The notes beneath the pieces were generated by a model that was not told the origin of the DNA, made no database searches, and worked only from the letters and a program-made list of their open reading frames with translations. DNA of 64,000 bases from an uncultured Candidatus Saccharibacteria bacterium (GTDB lineage: Bacteria > Patescibacteriota > Saccharimonadia > Saccharimonadales > EFPC-124). Positions 18,017 to 26,852 of the stretch are shown in pieces (within the stretch, counting starts at the first letter, position 1; every line of letters begins with the position of its first letter). The stretch lies in NCBI GenBank assembly GCA_965225085.1, contig CBDDBE010000005.1:2378-66377 (forward strand), given 5' to 3'. The position numbers were made by a program, and so were the translations under genes.

Positions 18017-18385
18017 CTACAGGCCGTCCTGGCTGCGCATGTACTGCACCATATCTTGGGGCGTCATGTTGTAGTTGAGGTTTTGCATAATCCACAGCGA
18101 CCCCGCGATAAGGATACCGAGTACGGTCAGCATAAATACGAAGACAACCAGTTTCCAGCGCGGCCGTGTCTCGCGACCCAAATGCAGGAAGAAGACCAAT
18201 TGAGCGAGAACCTGCGAGATGGCTAGTGTTACGATGGCAGTGACGAGCTGCGGGGTACCGAGCAAGTGCCTCGTCACCAACAGGTATGCCATGCCCGTCA
18301 GCATCAACGACAGCAAGAAGCCGATCATATATCTCAGAAGTGACGTTGGCTGCTCGGGATCGATTTCGAGGTTTATGCGACTCAT
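18017..18385 (-). CDS. cyoD: Cytochrome o quinol oxidase subunit IV
   Basis: MSRINLEIDPEQPTSLLRYMIGFLLSLMLTGMAYLLV..; ATGA overlap with the cyoC stop. Confidence 0.8.
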   Translation of the reverse strand: MSRINLEIDPEQPTSLLRYMIGFLLSLMLTGMAYLLVTRHLLGTPQLVTAIVTLAISQVLAQLVFFLHLGRETRPRWKLVVFVFMLTVLGILIAGSLWIMQNLNYNMTPQDMVQYMRSQDGL

Positions 18386-18975
18386 GATGTTACCCCCATC
18401 AGGTAGACGATGGTAAAGATAAATACCCATACAATGTCTAGGAAGTGCCAAAACATGCTAAACATAGTCAGGCGTCGAGCTAGGCTATCGGTCAAACCTT
18501 TGCGCCAGACCTGTACGCCCAGAACACTCAGCCAAAGCAGTCCTGTTGTGATGTGCGCCCCGTGCGTTCCGACCAGCGTGAAGAACGCCGACAGGAAGCC
18601 GCTGCGCTGCCAACTATTGCCGTCACTGGCCAGATGTGCGAATTCGGTAAGTTCCATCGTGACGAATGCTAGCCCCAGCATGAAGGTCGCGCCCAGTAGC
18701 GCCCACATCAGCCTGGTGCGATGTTGCCGCATAGCTAGCATAGCCAGTCCACAGGTGAAGCTGCTGGTTAGTAGCAGCAATGTCTCGACCAGCACGTACG
18801 GCATGTCGAAAATCTCGTGACCGGATGGTCCGCCGTACGTGTTGTTGCGAAGTACCGCATAGGTGGCAAAGAGCGTCGCAAACAGCACGCAGTCGGTCAT
18901 CAGGTATACCCAGAAGCCAAAGATCGTCCGGTCGTTACGCGTGGTTACTTCCGGGGCGAGCGCAGTATCATTCAT
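18382..18975 (-). CDS. cyoC: Cytochrome o quinol oxidase subunit III
   Basis: FGFWVYLMTDCVLFATLFATYAVL, FFTLVGTHGAHITTGLLW, FWHFLDIVWVFIFTIVYLMG. Confidence 0.9.
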   Translation of the reverse strand: MNDTALAPEVTTRNDRTIFGFWVYLMTDCVLFATLFATYAVLRNNTYGGPSGHEIFDMPYVLVETLLLLTSSFTCGLAMLAMRQHRTRLMWALLGATFMLGLAFVTMELTEFAHLASDGNSWQRSGFLSAFFTLVGTHGAHITTGLLWLSVLGVQVWRKGLTDSLARRLTMFSMFWHFLDIVWVFIFTIVYLMGVTS

Positions 18976-20942
18976 AGGTATTGCTTCCTTTGCGTTTTGG
19001 ATTCGAGGCGTTGAACTTCGGCGGCGGTTAGGGTGTACTCGGTGTCATCGTCGGATGTCCGCCAGATGAGACAGCCGATAGCAAAGACTAGCCCAGCCGC
19101 AGCCAACCACCAAATCTGCCAGATGATGCCAAAGCCCATGAGGAATGCGCCCAGGCCAATCAGCACTGCCATTGGGCTGTTTTTGGGCAGGGTAATAGGT
19201 GCGTACTTGCGTGAGCCAATTGCCTTGCCGGTTTGCTTGGCGGCCCAGAAGGGATCGCGGGTATCCGAGGTGGGGATGACGGCGTAATTGTACTCTGGCG
19301 GCGGTGAGACAGTTGACCACTCCAGCGTTCGGCCGTCCCACGGGTCGCCTTCGGTCGCGTCGCGGTACTCTTTGCGTTTCCAGATGCTATAGCCAATCTG
19401 CAGGAGCTGGAAACACACCCCCAGGCCAATTAGCAGCACCCCCATGCCCGCCACAATGAAGAGCCATTGCCAGCCTAGTGACTTGTCGTAGTGGTCAAGC
19501 CGACGGGCGGCGCCCATGAGCCCCAGGATGTATAGCGGTCCAAATGCTGCTACAAACCCAACCAGCCAGCACCAAAAAGCGCATTTGCCCAGGAATTCAT
19601 TCAGTCGAAAGCCCGTAAACTTTGGGAACCAGTAGGTAAACCCGGCAAATGCACCGAACAACACACCGCCGACAATCATGGTATGGAAGTGCGCCACCAA
19701 AAAGAGTGTATTGTGAACCTGAAAGTCGATTGCCGGGACTGACATCAGTACCCCAGCCGCGCCGCCCATTGTGAAGGTCACGATAAAGCCCATAAACCAT
19801 AGCATCGGCGTCGTGAACCGTACCCGTCCGCGGTACATAGTGAACAGCCAGTTAAAGACTTTAACCCCGGTTGGCACGGCGATAATCATCGTCGTAATGC
19901 CGAAGAACGCGTTTACGTCTGCACCGGCGCCCATAGTGAAGAAATGATGCAGCCAGACCAGGAACGATAACAGCGTGATTGCCCATATAGCCCACACCAT
20001 CGACGTGTAGCCAAAGAGTTTCTTGCCCGAGAAAGTCGCCACCACTTCAGAGAAGATACCAAATGCTGGCAGGATCAGTATGTACACCTCTGGATGCCCC
20101 CAGGCCCATATGAGGTTGACATACATCATGGGGTTGCCCCCAAAGCCAGCGGTGAAGAAATGCATGCCCATGAGCCTATCGAGCGACAGCATTGCCAGCG
20201 TGGCCGTCAGGATGGGGAAGGCAAAGACAATAAGCGTCAGGCTGCCGAGCACACTCCACACAAATAGCGGCATCTTCATCAGGCCCATGCCAGGTGCGCG
20301 CATCTTCAGGATGGTAATGAGGAAGTTGATACCCGACAGCAAACTGCCCACACCGGCAATCTGGAGCGTCCATATCCAGTAGTCCACGCCCACGCTCGGG
20401 CTAAACTGTAGCTCGCTGAGCGGGGGGTATGCGAGCCAGCCTGCGGCCTGAAATTCACCGACTCCTAGTGATACATTTACCAGTAGCATTCCAGCTACAA
20501 ATAACCAAAAGCTTACGGCGTTCAGGAACGGAAAGGCCACATCGCGCGCCCCAATCATCAGCGGCACCAGCAGATTCATAGCCGCAAATATCACACCCAT
20601 TGCCACGAAGAAAATCATAATAGTGCCATGTGCCGAGAAGATCTGCTGGAACTGATTTGACCCAATGAGGCCTTGCGAATCGCCTACCGAAGTGGCCTGC
20701 TGGACTCGAATGAGCAGCGCATCGCCCAGTCCGCGCAGCAGCATAATAGTAGCTACTATGAGGTACATCACACCGATTCTCTTCGGGTCGAGTGACGTTA
20801 ACCAGTTGTTCCAGAGCCATTTCCACTTCTTGAAATAGGTTAGGGCAATGACAATGCCGATCAGTGCCAGCACCATCGTTGCAACGCCGCCGAGGGTGAC
20901 GGGGTTGCGTGGAATTGCATCGAGGGTCAGTCGTCCGAACAT
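18972..20942 (-). CDS. cyoB: Cytochrome o quinol oxidase subunit I (heme-copper oxidase)
   Basis: FSAHGTIMIFFVAMG, WAWGHPEVYILILPAFG, FLVWLHHFFTMG, VAHFHTMIVGG. Start taken at MFGRLTLDAI (20942); the track N-terminal extension overlaps cyoA. Confidence 0.93.
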   Translation of the reverse strand: MFGRLTLDAIPRNPVTLGGVATMVLALIGIVIALTYFKKWKWLWNNWLTSLDPKRIGVMYLIVATIMLLRGLGDALLIRVQQATSVGDSQGLIGSNQFQQIFSAHGTIMIFFVAMGVIFAAMNLLVPLMIGARDVAFPFLNAVSFWLFVAGMLLVNVSLGVGEFQAAGWLAYPPLSELQFSPSVGVDYWIWTLQIAGVGSLLSGINFLITILKMRAPGMGLMKMPLFVWSVLGSLTLIVFAFPILTATLAMLSLDRLMGMHFFTAGFGGNPMMYVNLIWAWGHPEVYILILPAFGIFSEVVATFSGKKLFGYTSMVWAIWAITLLSFLVWLHHFFTMGAGADVNAFFGITTMIIAVPTGVKVFNWLFTMYRGRVRFTTPMLWFMGFIVTFTMGGAAGVLMSVPAIDFQVHNTLFLVAHFHTMIVGGVLFGAFAGFTYWFPKFTGFRLNEFLGKCAFWCWLVGFVAAFGPLYILGLMGAARRLDHYDKSLGWQWLFIVAGMGVLLIGLGVCFQLLQIGYSIWKRKEYRDATEGDPWDGRTLEWSTVSPPPEYNYAVIPTSDTRDPFWAAKQTGKAIGSRKYAPITLPKNSPMAVLIGLGAFLMGFGIIWQIWWLAAAGLVFAIGCLIWRTSDDDTEYTLTAAEVQRLESKTQRKQYL

Positions 20943-20950
20943 AAGTAGGC

Positions 20951-21838
20951 CTACTTCTGGGCGCTGGGCGCCATGTATTTCATTATGGTTGTAGTATACA
21001 GCCCGGCAGAGCTGGCGGGAAATGCGTAGAACGCTGGTGGTACGTTTTTGGTTGGTTTGGCAAGGTCGTTGTAGCCGGCAAGCGTTAGGTGCGAGGGCGA
21101 TTTCTGGGTGGAGGCTACCCATGTATCGAAGTCGGCTTGGGTGCTAGCCCGGGCGGTAAAGACCATTCCGGCATAGCCATCACCACTGATATTTGCCGTA
21201 GAGCCACGATAGTCGCCAGCTTCGCCCGCCATCAGATGTAGCTGCGTTGACATGCCGGGCATGGCATATATCTGGCCGGCGAGTTGGGGAATCCACAATG
21301 AGTTCATAGGCGCATCGGCAGTGATGTCGAAGTCGACTGGCGTGTTGACAGGGAACTGTACAAAGTTGACCGTCGCAATATGCTGCTCGGGATATATAAA
21401 TAGCCATTTCCAATCTAGCGCGATGACCTGAATATGGACGGGCTGGGCCTTGCTGGCAAGAGGCTTGAATGGGTCGAGATCGTGGCTGCTTTGCCAGGTT
21501 ATGACCGCCAGCGCGCAAATAATCGCAATCGGCACCAGCCACCATACAGTCTCGGCCCATCGATTGCCTGCCAGATCAGGAGAGTACTTGGCCTTGGTGT
21601 TGCCCGCCCGATATCGCCAGGCTATGCCAAAGGCTAACGCAAAGACTGGCACGACCACGACCGCCATAAGTAGGACGGCAGTTGTCATGAGCTGACGCTG
21701 TTGGTCGGCGATCGTACCCTTTGGATTTAGGACAGCGATATTATGTGCGCCAAGGTATAATGTCGCGATCGTCCCGACTCCTGCCACGCCCAGAAATGCT
21801 ACCGCTAGAATAATTCGCTTATACTTTTTGTTCATCAC
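20951..21838 (-). CDS. cyoA: Cytochrome o quinol oxidase subunit II (no CuA site)
   Basis: Close to E. coli CyoA as I recall it: WRYRAGNTKAKYSPD, VIALDWKWLFIYPEQHIATVN, MNSLWIPQLAGQIYAMPGMSTQLHL. Confidence 0.9.
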   Translation of the reverse strand: MMNKKYKRIILAVAFLGVAGVGTIATLYLGAHNIAVLNPKGTIADQQRQLMTTAVLLMAVVVVPVFALAFGIAWRYRAGNTKAKYSPDLAGNRWAETVWWLVPIAIICALAVITWQSSHDLDPFKPLASKAQPVHIQVIALDWKWLFIYPEQHIATVNFVQFPVNTPVDFDITADAPMNSLWIPQLAGQIYAMPGMSTQLHLMAGEAGDYRGSTANISGDGYAGMVFTARASTQADFDTWVASTQKSPSHLTLAGYNDLAKPTKNVPPAFYAFPASSAGLYTTTIMKYMAPSAQK

Positions 21839-21868
21839 TTGCCTGCATCATACCACATGCTGGCATGC

Positions 21869-22273
21869 CTATTGAACCACCGTGAATACGCCGATCAGCT
21901 CGTCGTGCAAATGGTCGTGGAACGTAAATGTTCCGGTCTGATTTAAAGCCACGGTCAGGCTCTGCCCTTTTGTGAGTGTCTGCTGCGCGATGCCATCGTA
22001 GGCCTGGTGGTCATCGTGGGGGCCAAAGGCCATAAGGCGTAACTGGTCGTCACCATTAGTAATGGTTAGCGTATCGCACTGGCGGGCGGTAATCGCGTCT
22101 GAGCTTAAATGGTCATGATCGATCAGAACCGTCCAGTGATGAGGCCCGCGCGTGCAAGCCGTCGGCTTGTTGGTGTTGTTACTTGATAGGTAGCTCAGTG
22201 AGGCGAAGATGGTGCCGGCAATGACAGTAGTAATAGCGACGACCATCGCTGCTACGAAGAGTAGCCGTTTCAT
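21869..22273 (-). CDS. Membrane-anchored cupredoxin-like protein (no Cys ligand; His-rich FHDHLHDE)
   Basis: MKRLLFVAAMVVAITTVIAG anchor; C-terminal ..GQSLTVALNQTGTFTFHDHLHDELIGVFTVVQ resembles a cupredoxin beta-sandwich. ATGA overlap with the upstream gene; ends 31 nt before cyoA. Confidence 0.4.
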   Translation of the reverse strand: MKRLLFVAAMVVAITTVIAGTIFASLSYLSSNNTNKPTACTRGPHHWTVLIDHDHLSSDAITARQCDTLTITNGDDQLRLMAFGPHDDHQAYDGIAQQTLTKGQSLTVALNQTGTFTFHDHLHDELIGVFTVVQ

Positions 22274-22914
22274 TCCTGTTGTCTCGTGTATGCGCGGTAT
22301 GCCGCCCCCATGCCGCATAGCGCAAAGACGCACATACTGCCTACTAGCACACCGCCCACATTTAGCAGGAAGATAACAAGCGCGCCTTGCTCTGTGGCGA
22401 TATCGCCCGCGGCAAAATTGATACCCGTAGCCACCAATGGCGGCACCAGTGATACGGCAATAGCCACGCCTGTTATGGCCGAAGATACCTTGGGTCGGAT
22501 CAGCCCGTAGGCCGCAATTGCTCCAGATACCAGCGCCACGACGACCGCGATAGCTCTGTCGCTATTGAACATAATATAGTGCGGGACCACCCGGCCGTCG
22601 CCGAACATCAGCGTGGCGCAACCAGCGATAGCCAGCCCAATGCCAATCGATAACAGTAGCAGCGCCAATCCTCGGCCAATCAGCCGCGGGTTGCCAGCGA
22701 CCAATCCGAGACCCAATGCCAAAATTGGATACGCCAGCGGCGCAACAATCATACTCCCGATCAGCACAGCCAGGCTGTCGGTAAAGATGGCGCATGCCGC
22801 CAGGGCGATTGCGCCCAGCAGCAGGACGTAGTAGTCGCCGTCATGGTTGGATTTGTCCAGAAGCTCAGCAATAGCCTGATGTTTGCTTTCGGCCTCGGAT
22901 GCGGTAGCGCCCAT
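22270..22914 (-). CDS. DUF389-like integral membrane protein
   Basis: LLGAIALAACAIFTDSLAVLIGSMIVAPLAYPILALGLGL pattern, several TM segments. Confidence 0.5.
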   Translation of the reverse strand: MGATASEAESKHQAIAELLDKSNHDGDYYVLLLGAIALAACAIFTDSLAVLIGSMIVAPLAYPILALGLGLVAGNPRLIGRGLALLLLSIGIGLAIAGCATLMFGDGRVVPHYIMFNSDRAIAVVVALVSGAIAAYGLIRPKVSSAITGVAIAVSLVPPLVATGINFAAGDIATEQGALVIFLLNVGGVLVGSMCVFALCGMGAAYRAYTRQQE

Positions 22915-22920
22915 GGCAGA

Positions 22921-23301
22921 TTATTTGTCTTGCAACACTGCCAAAATATTACCAGCAGGATCTTTGAACCAAGCTATGTCAGGGCCACGGTGTGCAGACA
23001 GCCCGCGCGCGATGCCTTGGTCGTCGGTCATGCCTTCGTAATGTTCAAGTTCAATGCCGGCGGCCTTTAGTTCGCCCACGGCTTTGTCGATATCATCGAC
23101 CGGGAAGTTTAAAATCGTAAACGAAGCTGGCTCGTGGTTGTCCTTTTGGTAGACAAAGACCGGGTTACTGCCCTTGACCTGCAGGTGCAAGCCCATTTCG
23201 TCCTCTTTTACCTCTAGCCCTAGCTTGCCGCTGTAAAATTCTTTCGCCGCCGCAAAGTCATTCACCGAAAACCCACTAAATGCGTATGAATCCTTGAACA
23301 T
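22921..23301 (-). CDS. VOC/glyoxalase-family protein
   Basis: [21 protein letters not shown].., [13 protein letters not shown]. Confidence 0.7.
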   Translation of the reverse strand: MFKDSYAFSGFSVNDFAAAKEFYSGKLGLEVKEDEMGLHLQVKGSNPVFVYQKDNHEPASFTILNFPVDDIDKAVGELKAAGIELEHYEGMTDDQGIARGLSAHRGPDIAWFKDPAGNILAVLQDK

Positions 23302-23401
23302 ATGTCGTTGCCCCTTATGGTTACTTGATTAGTATAGCGTATGGGGGTGGGGGAGGGCCAGCGATCCCAGCAAGACCGAAACCTGACGTTTTGCGCATGT
23401 T

Positions 23402-23981
23402 CTACTTATCAAGCTGGACGCTTTTAAATGCTTCAAAGAAAGAAGTTCGTTGTTGTGACGCCAGGGATTCGATATCTACACTTGCCGAGCAGGCGGACTG
23501 CGGTGTGGCGATACTCGCATAGATATTGCCTAGCTTGAAGATCGTAGTTCCGTTGGCCGTGTACGTCCTTCCAATACCGTCAACGGTTTTGGTGGTTGTT
23601 CTGATAGTGCCAAGCGGACCGACGCCGAGTGTTGGCTTACAAGCCCCCCGATCTATCAATAAGGCTCTGTGTAGAGATGGTTACTTGAGGATAGTCAGGA
23701 TACTGAGCATTATAATTTACATCATAATAATACACCGCATCCTTTATATCCTCACTCAACTTCACCTTCACTCCCAACTCCTTGATATCAAGATACGTTG
23801 CACTTGGTTGTGGCGTTGGTTGAGTGCCACCATTGCTTTCTTGCTGGTTTGTCGTTGTATTCGATGACTCCTTGGTTCTGTTAGCATCCCACACCCTCCA
23901 TCCAACAAGTCCCACAATAACAAGGCCTACAGCAATAACTATGATTCCGACAATCCCGAAACCTTCTATCTTTCTATTCAT
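23402..23981 (-). pseudogene. Membrane-anchored secreted protein split by a frameshift at a C6/G6 run (track ORFs 23637..23981 and 23402..23659)
   Basis: The upstream ORF ends ..QSLIDRSGGL*. Shifting one nt in the run at 23644-23649 continues ..QSLIDRGACKPTLGVGPLGTI.. to 23402, giving about 190 aa, similar to the 215-aa paralog. Confidence 0.5.
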
Positions 23982-24041
23982 ATATTTCCATCTCCGTTTA
24001 CTAAAGTATTAATGCTATCTTGCTGGAGAGCATAGCAATAG
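23885..24041 (-). repeat. 157-bp direct repeat, copy 1 (61 nt upstream region plus the first 32 codons)
   Basis: Compared base by base with 24661-24817: identical. Confidence 0.95.
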
Positions 24042-24109
24042 GCAAATAGGGATGACCCAGATCGGCTGGAGGACGTGTAGTTCGGCCTGAACGCAGCGTT
24101 GTATTTTAT

Positions 24110-24757
24110 CTAGTATGCAAGTGACTTGTATATTTGTATACTCGTCTTGACGCTTGAACTACCAGTAAATTGTTCTAGGGTTTCTTGAGTCTGTTTTTCC
24201 TCGGTCCATCCCTGGAAATTGCCGGTGACCGTGGTCGTGGCATTCGACTTTGTGGGCGACACAATTGATAGCGACCCTGATGGGGCAAGAAGATTAAGTG
24301 CATAAATGCTGCCGTTGCCTGCACCTTGCTTGTCGGCGCTGATCTTTAGGCTGCCATATTTTGGGGCAGTGAAGTTTGTCAGCGTGTTGGTCGCGAGACA
24401 GGTTGATCCACATACGTCCGCGGAGGAGTCGGTTGTTTCGTTGCTACTATCTAACCGAATCTCAAATTTGTCTGGGCTCACAATGAAAAGTGTCTCAAGA
24501 CCGTTATTGCCTGTAGTGATCCTAGCAGTCCAATCCGATGGGTACTTAATGCTATATCCGGCCAAGCTTGAAGTATATGTCTTCCACCCCACGTAAGGAT
24601 CAGCTACTTCCGTATTAGCCCCGACACTTGTCTGATTGCTACTATCTTTACTCTTCATCCCATCCCACACCCTCCATCCAACAAGTCCCACAATAACAAG
24701 GCCTACAGCAATAACTATGATTCCGACAATCCCGAAACCTTCTATCTTTCTATTCAT
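24110..24757 (-). CDS. Membrane-anchored secreted protein (215 aa), paralog of 23402-23981
   Basis: Identical N-terminus MNRKIEGFGIVGIIVIAVGLVIVGLVGWRVWD, then a divergent Ser/Thr-rich ectodomain. Confidence 0.6.
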   Translation of the reverse strand: MNRKIEGFGIVGIIVIAVGLVIVGLVGWRVWDGMKSKDSSNQTSVGANTEVADPYVGWKTYTSSLAGYSIKYPSDWTARITTGNNGLETLFIVSPDKFEIRLDSSNETTDSSADVCGSTCLATNTLTNFTAPKYGSLKISADKQGAGNGSIYALNLLAPSGSLSIVSPTKSNATTTVTGNFQGWTEEKQTQETLEQFTGSSSVKTSIQIYKSLAY

Positions 24758-24817
24758 ATATTTCCATCTCCGTTTACTAAAGTATTAATGCTATCTTGCT
24801 GGAGAGCATAGCAATAG
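24661..24817 (-). repeat. 157-bp direct repeat, copy 2
   Basis: Identical to 23885-24041; offset 776 bp. Confidence 0.95.
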
Positions 24818-24969
24818 TTGCCTCCAGTCGCAATAGGTAATTCTCTAAGTTATTTTTCAAAAAAACTATTGGCAACCAGACCCAACTCGTGATATTTTCC
24901 TGTCACGCCCATAACCAGCAGAGGTTATAGGGCAGCACTTCACAGAACAAGAGAGAAGGTTGAAGCACG

Positions 24970-26643
24970 ATGAACGTCATAAGGCGCTGCCGTAGAGGGT
25001 TGATACTCTTTGTGGCGATGCTCATGGGTACGGTCGGGCTGATGGTTTTCGGGCCGGTAGGCTCGGTGTCAGCAGGCGTTAGCACTCCGTCATGGTGGAA
25101 CGGAGCCTGCGATGTGAATAACAACGCGGGCTCATATGCACTCGGTGCGTCCTACGACGGGGTACAGGCTTGTGGGCCGGGTTCGTACAATCAGGGTGGC
25201 ACCGATAAGGTCGTGTACTTCTACACTAAGCCCACTAAAGCTTGGGGCGAATATGAGTGGGAGTGCACTGAGCTGGTCATGAGGTACATGTATCTCATGT
25301 ACGGCGTTGTGCCTTATGCGGCTGTAGGGTCGACTGTTGTCGGCAACTATAGCGGCTCGGTGCTGGCCTCTGTTTCTAATGACGGCACCAGCCTGCCGTC
25401 GCCTGGCGACATCATCAGTTTTGCCGGAGTAAAAGCTAACCCTAACGGTCATACGGCAGTTGTAACTGCGGTTAACGTTACTGATGGCTCTGGCAAGGTG
25501 ACGATTATGGAGCAGAACGCAACCTCTGATGGCTGGGGGACGCTCATGGTTTCAGGCGGCAAGATAACGACGACAGTTCTCGGTGGCGCAGCGACTGGAT
25601 GGTTGCACAGTTCAAGCACATCAAGTGGCGGCGGTTCGCCGCCATCCTCCACTCCCCAAATCCTCTCCCTCAAACGCACTACCGACCCAAACGGTGTTCG
25701 GCAGGTGTACGCAGCCACCAACACAGCTGTGACCGAGGGCTGGTGGATTCCGGGTGGGGATGGGGTGCACACGCACACCATCGTCACCATCGCTCAGCAC
25801 GACGTCGTGGGTTTCGACAAGGTGAACTTGCCGGGCGGAACCCAAGCGGTCTACACCGCCGAACCAGATGGCGTGTGGGAATCCTGGTGGAAGCCAGATG
25901 GCACCAACGGGTCGAGCAAGATCGTCCAAGGGCTCTCCGGCGTCAAGGGCGTCATCGCCTACAACGACACGGAGAGTGGCGTGTTCGTCCACCACCTCTA
26001 CATCCTGGCCGGAGACGGCCCGCATGAAGCATGGTGGAAGGACGGCGGTGACGGTGTGCATGTCAGCTTGCTGACGAGCATCGCCGGACCGGTGACGTTC
26101 ACGATGTTGTTGCCCAGTGATGGCACCATGCACCTGTACGTGGCTGTGCCTACCTGGGTTTACGATGTCTGGTGGCATCCTGGTCTGAACGATATTCAGG
26201 TCAGGGCCATCATCAACATTGGCCAGGGAGACATCCGGGCGGTTACCGCCGACACGTTCCAGGCAACAGGGCTGCTCCTCTATACCATGACGTCCACAAG
26301 CGTCTGGCAGAGCTACTGGACACCCGGTTCTAGCATCGAGACGCATGCAGCGGTGACCGGCCAGGTCAACACGGTGGGGGTCAAGAAGACGAACTACGGT
26401 GACTCGCACCAGCTGTACTTGGCCACTCGTGACCACGTGCAGGAGTACTGGTGGAAGGACAACGGAGCCAGTGGCGGTGGGGAGCTGATCCGCGTTGCTC
26501 AGAACAACATCGGCGCGATCGACAAGGTGGCCGATGGCTCGTACCAAGACCTCTACACCGGTGCTGGCAACTGGGTCTACGAGACCTACTGGGGCAACGG
26601 TGTGAGCCCGACGACGAGTGGGTTGTTCTCGGTTGCGAACTAG
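24970..26643 (+). CDS. Secreted CHAP-domain amidase/peptidase fused to a 7-bladed WW beta-propeller (lectin-like)
   Basis: Signal peptide (..FGPVGSVSAGV). CHAP motifs EYEWECTELVMRYM (Cys) and NGHTAVVTAVNV (His). SSSTSSGGGSPPSSTP linker. Seven repeats ending EGWWIPGG, ESWWKPDG, EAWWKDGG, DVWWHPGL, QSYWTPGS, EYWWKDNG, ETYWGNGV. Confidence 0.75.
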   Translation: MNVIRRCRRGLILFVAMLMGTVGLMVFGPVGSVSAGVSTPSWWNGACDVNNNAGSYALGASYDGVQACGPGSYNQGGTDKVVYFYTKPTKAWGEYEWECTELVMRYMYLMYGVVPYAAVGSTVVGNYSGSVLASVSNDGTSLPSPGDIISFAGVKANPNGHTAVVTAVNVTDGSGKVTIMEQNATSDGWGTLMVSGGKITTTVLGGAATGWLHSSSTSSGGGSPPSSTPQILSLKRTTDPNGVRQVYAATNTAVTEGWWIPGGDGVHTHTIVTIAQHDVVGFDKVNLPGGTQAVYTAEPDGVWESWWKPDGTNGSSKIVQGLSGVKGVIAYNDTESGVFVHHLYILAGDGPHEAWWKDGGDGVHVSLLTSIAGPVTFTMLLPSDGTMHLYVAVPTWVYDVWWHPGLNDIQVRAIINIGQGDIRAVTADTFQATGLLLYTMTSTSVWQSYWTPGSSIETHAAVTGQVNTVGVKKTNYGDSHQLYLATRDHVQEYWWKDNGASGGGELIRVAQNNIGAIDKVADGSYQDLYTGAGNWVYETYWGNGVSPTTSGLFSVAN

Positions 26644-26852
26644 GTCATGTCGCGACGTCGCAATCTCCCTGAGGAACGCGCACCTAGACTGGCCAGGTGG
26701 CGTCGCTGAGTAGGGCGACATCTGGCCAGCGCGTGCCCATCTCTGCTTTTGTTCTGCGTGCATATGGCGACTTGCCCTTTTACCAGGGCTTGTAGCTGCA
26801 GCCTGCTCGGCGGGGAGCAGGATATTCCATATAGTTGAGTTTATCCTGGTAG

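Noticed and set aside
20943-21122. N-terminal extensions of several track ORFs (cyoB to 21122, GT2 to 44130, MGMT-like to 37183, cupredoxin-like to 22333, and others)
   Set aside because: The extensions overlap upstream genes and read as Arg-rich nonsense. Internal starts give canonical N-termini and tight or ATGA gene junctions.
23885-24817. CRISPR-like or other array nature of the 157-bp repeats
   Set aside because: There are only two copies, each covering a promoter plus the first 32 codons of a gene. No short regular repeat-spacer structure occurs anywhere in the window.
25621-26763. 380-aa ORF antisense to the CHAP-propeller gene
   Set aside because: It is Arg/Pro/Gly-rich nonsense with no motifs. 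It lies entirely opposite a well-supported gene, and long open antisense frames are expected in GC-rich coding sequence.
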